This document shows, piece by piece, positions 57,851 through 64,000 of a stretch of DNA of 64,000 nt. The notes under the pieces are model-generated. The model worked only from the letters and a program-made list of their open reading frames with translations, was not told where the DNA came from and made no database searches. Both the position numbers and the translations under genes were made by a program. The DNA is from Bacillota bacterium (GTDB lineage: Bacteria > Bacillota > UBA4882 > UBA8346), in assembly GCA_023415835.1 (NCBI GenBank), contig JAEZJK010000042.1:2057-66056 (forward strand). Direction: 5' to 3'. Each line of letters opens with the position of its first letter. Within the stretch, counting starts at the first letter, position 1.

Positions 57851-58393
57851 GTGATGTCGATTTTCCTTCACACTTGCTGCGGGCCCTGCGCCTGTTACAG
57901 TGCTCAACGATTGACTGAAGAGGGTCTCCAGCCGACCCTCTTTTTTTATAATCCCAACATCCATCCCTATCAGGAACAAAAGCTTAGGCTGGAAGGGTTT
58001 CGTCAGTTAGCTGAATACCGGAAACTCCCGACAATTGTTGAACCCGGTTATGAACTGGAAGATTTTCTTAAAGTGGTAGCGGGAGCCCCTCAAAACCGCT
58101 GTCAAGAATGTTACCGGATCCGGCTCTCCCGGACTGCCGCCAAAGCTAAAGAATTAGGCTTTGGGTTGTTCGGGACCACGCTGCTGATCAGCCCTTACCA
58201 GAACCGGGAGTTATTATGCGAAATCGGGCATGGGTTGGCCGGAGAATACGGGTTACGTTTTCATGACGAGGATTTCCGCCCGGGATTTCGGGAGAGCCAA
58301 AACATTGCTAAAGAGTTGGGGCTATACCGGCAGAAATATTGCGGGTGTATTTATAGTGAGAGGGATCGGTATTATCGAAAAGAAAAGGTTTAA
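57851..58393 (+). CDS. queH: Epoxyqueuosine reductase QueH (DUF208)
   Basis: LHTCCGPCA near the N-terminus and a C-terminal YRQKYCGC motif; size about 180 aa. Confidence 0.88.
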   Translation: MMSIFLHTCCGPCACYSAQRLTEEGLQPTLFFYNPNIHPYQEQKLRLEGFRQLAEYRKLPTIVEPGYELEDFLKVVAGAPQNRCQECYRIRLSRTAAKAKELGFGLFGTTLLISPYQNRELLCEIGHGLAGEYGLRFHDEDFRPGFRESQNIAKELGLYRQKYCGCIYSERDRYYRKEKV

Positions 58394-58455
58394 TCGAGAT
58401 TCATATTCGTGCTCGTAATCGTAATTGGTTTTTAAGAAATCCAAACAATCTGTGT

Positions 58456-58513
58456 AAATCCTGTCAAAAAGGATGGGAACTTAGACAGGATTAACGGGAT
58501 TAACACGGATTAA
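58456..58513 (+). repeat. Repeat B copy 2
   Basis: AAATCCTGTC - 15 nt - TTAGACAGGATTAACGGGATTAACACGGATTAA. Confidence 0.65.
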
Positions 58514-58539
58514 AAAAACGAGCATGAAAGGTGGAGGAG

Positions 58540-60342
58540 CTATTTAAATTGCATCTTATAAAGCTGGGCGTAGATTCCACCCTTCGCTAACAGGCTTTGA
58601 TGGTCCCCTTCCTCGGTAATCCCTTCATCGGTCAGGACTATAATCCTTTGGGCATTCCGAATGGTGGAAAGGCGATGGGCAATCACAAAAGTGGTCCGGC
58701 CTTGAGCCAGAGACTCCAAAGAATCCTGAATTACCTTTTCACTCTCATTATCCAGGCTTGAGGTTGCTTCGTCAAAGATCAAGATTGGCGGGTTTTTTAA
58801 AAATACCCGGGCAATACTCAACCGTTGCTTCTGCCCGCCGGAAAGCTTGATACCCCGCTGGCCGATATCGGTGGCGTAACCTTGGGGCAACTCCATGATA
58901 AAGTCATGAGCATTGGCGCTTTTCGCTGCGGCGACGATCTCTTCCTCAGTAGCCTCCGGTTTGCCGTAACGAATGTTCTCCATTACCGATCCGGCGAAAA
59001 GATAAACATCCTGTTGGACAATACCGATATTTTTACGGAGGGACTTCAGTTTGATATCCCGGATGTCTTTGCCGTCCAACTTGATGCTGCCGGCGGAGAT
59101 TTCGTAGAACCGCGGGATAAGGCTGCATAAAGTCGTTTTGCCCACTCCGGAGGTGCCTACCAGGGCAATGTATTCGCCCGCCTTCACTTGTAGGTTGATA
59201 TGGGATAGGACTTCGGCGGTATGGGGATTGTATCGGAAAGACACATCGTTGAATTCGATGGTCCCGTTCACTTTGGACAGTTCAACGGCCCGCTTTGAAT
59301 CGACAATATCAGGGGCGATGGAGATCACTTCATAGAACCGGTCAAACCCGGAAAGCCCGTTCTGGAATTGCTCGCCGAAATTGATCAACTTCCGGATTGG
59401 CTCCAAAAAAACGTTGATATATAGTAAAAATGTCAATAAGTCCAGTGAGTTAATCCGGCCCCCACCGATAAACAGGGCGGCCGCCACTACCAACACCAGA
59501 TAGATTAGGGAGCTGAACGCGTTGATGCCGCTATGGTACCGGCCCATATAGCGGTAACTGTTCCTCTTACTTTCCACATAACGCAGGTTATTTTCCCGGA
59601 ATTTTTCAATCTCCAAATCTTCGTTGGCGAAGGACTTTACGACACGGACTCCTGAGATACTGTCTTCAATCCCGGCATTGATCGCCGCAATCTTCTCACG
59701 GTTTTTTCGAAACGCCCACCGCATCTTCCGATTATAATAGTAGGCAAAGCAGACCATCAGCGGAATAAAGGAGAAGACCACCAAGGTTAACTGGATATTG
59801 ATCCCAAAAAGAATGATGAACGACCCGGCCAGTTTGGTTAGGGAGATCAGCAAATCTTCCGGCCCGTGGTGGTACAATTCGGTGATTTCGAATAAATCAT
59901 TGGTGATTCGGGACATGATCTGACCGGTTTTTTGATTGTCGTAATAGTTGAAGGACAATTTTTGAAGGTGATCAAAAAGTTCGTTACGGAGATCGTATTC
60001 CATCTTGGCGCCCATTACGTGGCCGTAAGAAGTAATGAAGTAGTTACAGCAATATTCTACCACTGTCAAGAAAAGCATTAATAACGCCAGTTTCCAAATA
60101 CTAGCTATGGCTACGGTTAAACCAGCTCCAAATACGTCTTTGGTAATATATCGGATTATCAAAGGAAATACCAAGTTGATCCCGGCAGCAATTAACGCAC
60201 AAGCGAGATCGGCGGTGAATAACCCTAAGTAAGGCCGATAATAGGACAGGAATTTTGTCAGCTTTCGGTTCACGTGGAGTTGTTCCTCTCTTAGATTTAA
60301 ATTCGTGCCCGGTTGTATAATCGTAATCAAAAGAAAGCTCAT
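58540..60342 (-). CDS. ABC exporter, fused permease + ATPase (MsbA/multidrug-type half transporter)
   Basis: Six-TM domain. Walker A GTSGVGKTT, signature LSGGQKQRLSIAR, Walker B ILIFDEATSSLD. The first ~25 codons may be leader; an in-frame GTG (VNRKLTKFL...) is an alternative start. Confidence 0.9.
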   Translation of the reverse strand: MSFLLITIIQPGTNLNLREEQLHVNRKLTKFLSYYRPYLGLFTADLACALIAAGINLVFPLIIRYITKDVFGAGLTVAIASIWKLALLMLFLTVVEYCCNYFITSYGHVMGAKMEYDLRNELFDHLQKLSFNYYDNQKTGQIMSRITNDLFEITELYHHGPEDLLISLTKLAGSFIILFGINIQLTLVVFSFIPLMVCFAYYYNRKMRWAFRKNREKIAAINAGIEDSISGVRVVKSFANEDLEIEKFRENNLRYVESKRNSYRYMGRYHSGINAFSSLIYLVLVVAAALFIGGGRINSLDLLTFLLYINVFLEPIRKLINFGEQFQNGLSGFDRFYEVISIAPDIVDSKRAVELSKVNGTIEFNDVSFRYNPHTAEVLSHINLQVKAGEYIALVGTSGVGKTTLCSLIPRFYEISAGSIKLDGKDIRDIKLKSLRKNIGIVQQDVYLFAGSVMENIRYGKPEATEEEIVAAAKSANAHDFIMELPQGYATDIGQRGIKLSGGQKQRLSIARVFLKNPPILIFDEATSSLDNESEKVIQDSLESLAQGRTTFVIAHRLSTIRNAQRIIVLTDEGITEEGDHQSLLAKGGIYAQLYKMQFK

Positions 60343-60470
60343 GACTAAAGGGAATGGGACTGACGATTACGTGTACGGGCACCGCTACGCTGAGCACGGG
60401 CACGGAATAAACAGATTTAATAGGGGCAACGGTTTTATTTGCAGAATTCAGATTAATCTTTAATAAAGAA

Positions 60471-60552
60471 ATGTTGAAAAAAGTTTTAAGTAAAACATTC
60501 ACATCCCAAATACCGGATGTGAATGGTAAAATTATTGGGCTTTTTTCAACAT
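60471..60552. repeat. 82-bp nested palindrome in the ABC-exporter upstream region
   Basis: Outer 13-bp arms ATGTTGAAAAAAG / CTTTTTTCAACAT. Inner 11-bp arms CATTCACATCC (60496-60506) / GGATGTGAATG (60515-60525). Confidence 0.7.
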
Positions 60553-60559
60553 ATGAATC

Positions 60560-60612
60560 AAGGAAAACATGTCGCAATAATCCACGCTTATCCAAGAAAC
60601 TTATTGCGACAT
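60560..60612 (-). repeat. Repeat C copy 2 (inverted relative to copy 1)
   Basis: AAGGAAAAC + ATGTCGCAATAA - 20 nt - TTATTGCGACAT. Both arms and the 9-nt flank are identical to the reverse complement of 40177-40229. The loop matches about 12/20. Confidence 0.75.
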
Positions 60613-60753
60613 ATATAGATTACCATGGAATAAGTATCCCAGGCAAGCGATAAAAGGGGTATTCTGAAAGGGTATATTATTAGCATAATTACATTGATAT
60701 ATATCCAAGATGAGTGATAGAATTAAAATTAGGTTTAAAGTTGAGGAGTTGCT

Positions 60754-60969
60754 ATGGAACAAATCGGCAAATTATTAATAATCGTCGGAATCGTAAGTTT
60801 GGTTTTAGGGGCTTTGCTTTGGCTGGGCGGTAAAGTTCCCGGAATTGGCAGGCTCCCGGGGGATATTATAATCAAACGGGGTAATTTTACTTTCTATTTT
60901 CCTTTGGCGACCAGCGTTCTATTGAGTATAATCCTTTCAATTATTTTGGCTTTATTTAGGAGAAGATAA
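60754..60969 (+). CDS. DUF2905 small membrane protein
   Basis: 71 aa, two TM helices, with GRLPGDIIIKRGNFTFYFP, characteristic of DUF2905. Confidence 0.8.
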   Translation: MEQIGKLLIIVGIVSLVLGALLWLGGKVPGIGRLPGDIIIKRGNFTFYFPLATSVLLSIILSIILALFRRR

Positions 60970-61712
60970 TGGGCCTTTACCGGACCAAGGTTATTGTCTT
61001 ACGGAGCAGGAATCTCGGGGAAGCGGATCGGGTCTTAGTTTTATTCAGCGAGGAACTGGGTAAATTTGAGGCGGTGGTTAAGGGGGCGCGAAGGCAACGG
61101 AGCCGTTTCGTCGGGAACACACTGCCTTTTAATTATTTAGAGGGTTTGTTTTTCCCGGGCAAAAGTTTGGATAGCTTGAGCCAAGTAGAGTTGGTGTATT
61201 CATTTTCAGCATTGCGCGAAGATTTGACCAAGTTCGCTTATGCCAGTTTCTGGGTGGAATTGGTTGATGGGTTTCTGCCCGAGCGGCAAGAAGCCGGGGA
61301 TCTGTTCCGCTTTTTGCTGGCTGCGTTTATAGTCTTGGAAAAGGCCAGTGACCCGGAGATTTTAAACCTGGCTTTCCAGGCTCGGCTTTTAAAATATTTG
61401 GGTTACCAGCCGGAATTGAATCATTGTACCTGTTGCGGCGGAATTCCGGAAGGCAAATTGTCTTTTTCCGCTGAAGCAGGGGGATTGATTTGTAATGACT
61501 GTTCCCCTCAACATCGGGACTTATTGCCGGTAAACCCGGATTTACTAAATTGGTTTGGCCTTTTGGGTGAAACGGATCTCCGTCAAGTCCATCTTTTGAA
61601 AACCGAAAAGAGTAGCCGCCTTAAACTCTTTGCCTTACTCTCCAATTTCATTGAGGACCGGTTAGAGCGGCCTTTAAAATCCCGAGCTTTTCTGGATAAT
61701 TTAAATAGGTAA
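60969..61712 (+). CDS. recO: DNA repair protein RecO
   Basis: N-terminal OB fold (TKVIVLRSRNLGEADRVLVLFSEELGK) and a zinc motif CTCCG...CNDC. Confidence 0.9.
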   Translation: MGLYRTKVIVLRSRNLGEADRVLVLFSEELGKFEAVVKGARRQRSRFVGNTLPFNYLEGLFFPGKSLDSLSQVELVYSFSALREDLTKFAYASFWVELVDGFLPERQEAGDLFRFLLAAFIVLEKASDPEILNLAFQARLLKYLGYQPELNHCTCCGGIPEGKLSFSAEAGGLICNDCSPQHRDLLPVNPDLLNWFGLLGETDLRQVHLLKTEKSSRLKLFALLSNFIEDRLERPLKSRAFLDNLNR

Positions 61713-61784
61713 CGGGAAATCTACGACTGAATTGGTAATGTAATTTTATTGTTGTAATTGCCATAAAATGAGGTGTAATTCACA

Positions 61785-62165
61785 ATGGATAATTTGGACA
61801 AAGTCGATTTGGTCCGCGAACGGATGAATGTGAACTACGAAGAAGCCAAAATTGCTTTGGAATCTGTAAATTGGGATGTTGTTGAGGCCATCGTTAAGCT
61901 TGAAAAGGATCAGCAAAACCGGAAAGAAGAAATATTTGTCCGGGGTAATGAATTGGTGGAAAAAGTTAAAGAGCTGGTTAAAAAGGGCAATGTCACGAAG
62001 ATCAAAGTCAAACAGGACGATAAGATCCTGGTTGAGGTGCCGGTAACCGCCGGAGTAGTGGGAGCAGTCTTAGCGCCCCAATTGGCGGTTATTGGAGCGG
62101 TCGCCGCTCTCGTTAGCAAATGTACGGTTGAAATTGAAAAGCTCAACCCCGAAGTATGCCATTGA
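61785..62165 (+). CDS. DUF4342-domain protein (UBA-like N-terminus)
   Basis: VRERMNVNYEEAKIALESVNWDVVEAIVKLE, then KKGNVTKIKVKQDDKILVEVPVTAGVVGAVLAP, matching the DUF4342 pattern. Confidence 0.8.
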   Translation: MDNLDKVDLVRERMNVNYEEAKIALESVNWDVVEAIVKLEKDQQNRKEEIFVRGNELVEKVKELVKKGNVTKIKVKQDDKILVEVPVTAGVVGAVLAPQLAVIGAVAALVSKCTVEIEKLNPEVCH

Positions 62166-62310
62166 CAGAATGTTTAGGGTTTGTTATATTTAAAGCGCGA
62201 GATTGGGCAAGGGTAAAGAGTTAAGTCTCAAGTGTTTCAATTTTTTAATAATAACGGGCTTTATTTGTTAGATTTTTTACTTACCCTTCATGCCTTATTA
62301 AATCTATACA

Positions 62311-62497
62311 CGGCAATGACGAAGAAAATACCAAAGGGTACACTGGTTAAAGAGAGCCGGTAATGGTGGAAACCGGCACGGTGAATTTGGGAGGGCGCTT
62401 CGGAGCTGATTTTTTTAAGTGGATCCTTAAAGGATCAACCAGGGTGGAACCGCGGGAAACCTCTCGTCCCTGAAAGGGAGAAGGTTTCTTTTATTTT
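62311..62497 (+). promoter_or_regulatory. T-box riboswitch leader, glycine-specific (GGC specifier), with an intrinsic terminator
   Basis: Stem I base GCAAUGACGAAGAAAAUA, AGAGAG and GGUGGAAACC distal-loop motifs. The specifier context GGGAG-GGC-GCUUCGGAGC (GGC at 62394-62396) closely parallels the B. subtilis glyQS leader (GAAGGCACUUCGAGC). T-box sequence AGGGUGGAACCGCG at 62441-62454. Terminator GAAACCUCUCGUCCC/GGGAGAAGGUUUC followed by UUUUAUUUUU. Confidence 0.8.
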
Positions 62498-62518
62498 TGG
62501 TATTTTTGGGAGGTCAAG

Positions 62519-63139
62519 ATGGGGGAAATTATTAGGTTGCTGAAAAGAGATTGGCCTAAGTTATTACTTGTGTCAGCCCTTTTTGTGCTTGGAATTCTGA
62601 TGGGGGAACAATTGCCTCAGATTAACCCGGTGATGGCCGCTGAAGTTAAAAAAGAAGCTATGCAAAAATTCGCTGAAATCGCCAAATGGATGAAACAGGC
62701 GCCTCCCGGCACCGAGTTTTTTATAATCTGGGCTAATAATATCAGTGCTTCTCTAACCGCTATTTTATTTGGTATTTTATTGCCGATCATTCCCTTGGGG
62801 ATTTTATTAATGAACGGAGTCCTGATCGGGTTATTTCAAAATATGTTGCAGGTTGAAAACGGGCTCAACCCGATCCACTTTTACCTTAGCCTTGCTCCGC
62901 ACGGTATTTTAGAGTTACCGGCGTTTTTTATCGCGGTTTTTTTAGGGATCCGTTTCGGATTAATCCCGTATCGTTTAATCATTCATTATTTGCAGACCAA
63001 GGAACATCTTCCGTTATTCAAGGAAGTGACCCGCGAGGCCGGTTACTATGGAATTTTAATCGTAATCATGCTTTTCTTCGCTGCGGCAATTGAGGTGACT
63101 GTAAGCCCGTTGCTTTTAGGTTTATTGAATGGAAAATAA
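62519..63139 (+). CDS. SpoIIM-like (DUF95) membrane protein
   Basis: About 5 TM helices. The FIIWANNISASL and APHGILELPAFFIA motifs are typical of stage II sporulation protein M / DUF95. Confidence 0.75.
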   Translation: MGEIIRLLKRDWPKLLLVSALFVLGILMGEQLPQINPVMAAEVKKEAMQKFAEIAKWMKQAPPGTEFFIIWANNISASLTAILFGILLPIIPLGILLMNGVLIGLFQNMLQVENGLNPIHFYLSLAPHGILELPAFFIAVFLGIRFGLIPYRLIIHYLQTKEHLPLFKEVTREAGYYGILIVIMLFFAAAIEVTVSPLLLGLLNGK

Positions 63140-63173
63140 CTAATAAGAATATTAATTATAGGGAGGCAAGGTT

Positions 63174-64000
63174 ATGTCTGAAGTTCAAGCGGCTACAACC
63201 ATGGAGAAGATCGTGTCATTAGCGAAACGGAGAGGTTTTATCTTTCAATCCAGTGAAATCTACGGGGGTTTAAACAGTTGCTGGGATTACGGCCCATTAG
63301 GCGTAGAGCTGAAAAACAATGTTAAACGGGCATGGTGGCGGAAGGTGATCCAAGAACGGGATGATATGGTGGGATTAGACGCCAGCATTTTAATGCATCC
63401 CCGGGTTTGGGAGGCCAGCGGCCACGTTGCCGGATTCACCGATCCTTTGGTTGATTGCAAAGCCTGTAAACAACGGTTCCGCGCCGACCACCTGGAAGGC
63501 GACAAATGTCCGGCTTGCGGCGGTGAGTTGACCGAGGCCCGCCAGTTCAATCTGATGTTCAAAACTTTTATGGGTCCGGTAGAGGAGAATGCGGCTGTGG
63601 TCTATCTGCGCCCGGAGACCGCCCAGGGGATCTTCGTTAATTTTAATAACGTGCTGACATCGACCAGGATGAAACTGCCTTTTGGCATAGCCCAAATCGG
63701 GAAGTCGTTCCGGAATGAGATTACACCCGGTAACTTCACTTTCCGGACCCGGGAGTTCGAGCAGATGGAGATCGAGTATTTCGTAAAACCTGGGACTGAT
63801 GAAGAGTTCCATAAACAATGGATGGAACAAAGGTTCCAATGGTATCTTGATATGGGGATGACCAAGGAACGGTTACGGTTGCGCGCCCATGCCGCGGATG
63901 AATTGGCTCACTATGCTAAGGGTTGTTATGATGTGGAGTATTATTTCCCGATGGGTTGGTCGGAACTGGAAGGCATAGCTAACCGTACTGATTTTGACTT
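63174..64000 (+). CDS. glyQS: Glycine--tRNA ligase, class II alpha2 type (GlyQS), N-terminal part; runs off the window end
   Basis: Hand translation from the ATG at 63174, 7 nt after GGGAGG: [55 protein letters not shown].... Not in the ORF track because no stop lies in the window. Confidence 0.92.
   Translation, partial: MSEVQAATTMEKIVSLAKRRGFIFQSSEIYGGLNSCWDYGPLGVELKNNVKRAWWRKVIQERDDMVGLDASILMHPRVWEASGHVAGFTDPLVDCKACKQRFRADHLEGDKCPACGGELTEARQFNLMFKTFMGPVEENAAVVYLRPETAQGIFVNFNNVLTSTRMKLPFGIAQIGKSFRNEITPGNFTFRTREFEQMEIEYFVKPGTDEEFHKQWMEQRFQWYLDMGMTKERLRLRAHAADELAHYAKGCYDVEYYFPMGWSELEGIANRTDFD

Noticed and set aside
60471-60653. 60-aa ORF (MLKKVLSKTFTSQIPDVNGK...) upstream of the ABC exporter
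   Set aside because: It runs through two long palindromes that dictate its sequence. It has no RBS and an implausible composition.
1-64000. tRNA, rRNA, transposase, integrase, prophage or toxin-antitoxin genes
   Set aside because: I found no T-loop (GGTTCGAATCC-type) or rRNA signatures on scanning, and none of the translated ORFs shows transposase, integrase, phage or TA hallmarks. This is a by-eye scan, so small tRNA-like elements could have been missed.

Overview
64-kb chromosomal window, mid-40s % GC by eye. It probably comes from a Firmicutes/Clostridia-like bacterium; this is an inference from the DUF2905-recO-DUF4342-glyQS neighbourhood, SpoIID, a CwlD-type amidase, a SpoIIM-like protein and ruvCAB-queH. 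I support about 52 protein genes. I recognised no rRNA, tRNA, CRISPR array, transposase, integrase or phage genes. Two real genes are missing from the ORF track because they run off the window edges: a PL11 rhamnogalacturonan lyase (1-2841, minus) and glyQS (63174-64000, plus). Main blocks: (i) scattered rhamnogalacturonan/pectin genes (PL11 lyase, GH105, GH28, cupin, aldo-keto reductase, a KdgK-like kinase, and a decayed LacI regulator); (ii) a NarL-type two-component system followed by an 8-gene translationally coupled MoxR/DUF58/VWA (Bat-like) envelope operon; (iii) a lower-GC patch with a nucleosidase fusion, a patatin and an aminotransferase; (iv) envelope remodelling genes (rhomboid-TPR, TPR-SpoIID, amidase); (v) an AddAB-type helicase-nuclease; (vi) a split Na+-translocating oxaloacetate decarboxylase locus with an acyl-CoA synthetase and regulators; (vii) asd, DUF362 and a sugar kinase; (viii) ruvCAB, queH, an ABC exporter, recO, and a glycine T-box leader ahead of glyQS. 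I did not find a convincing new protein-based system such as a defence system. The least explained signals are non-coding. They are two candidate structured RNAs (57435-57664, rod-shaped and 6S-like; 47993-48153, unknown class) and four families of intergenic palindromic or repeated elements. There is also a GTAC-core motif cluster around the two-component system. All RNA and motif calls come from hand inspection and need computational and experimental confirmation.
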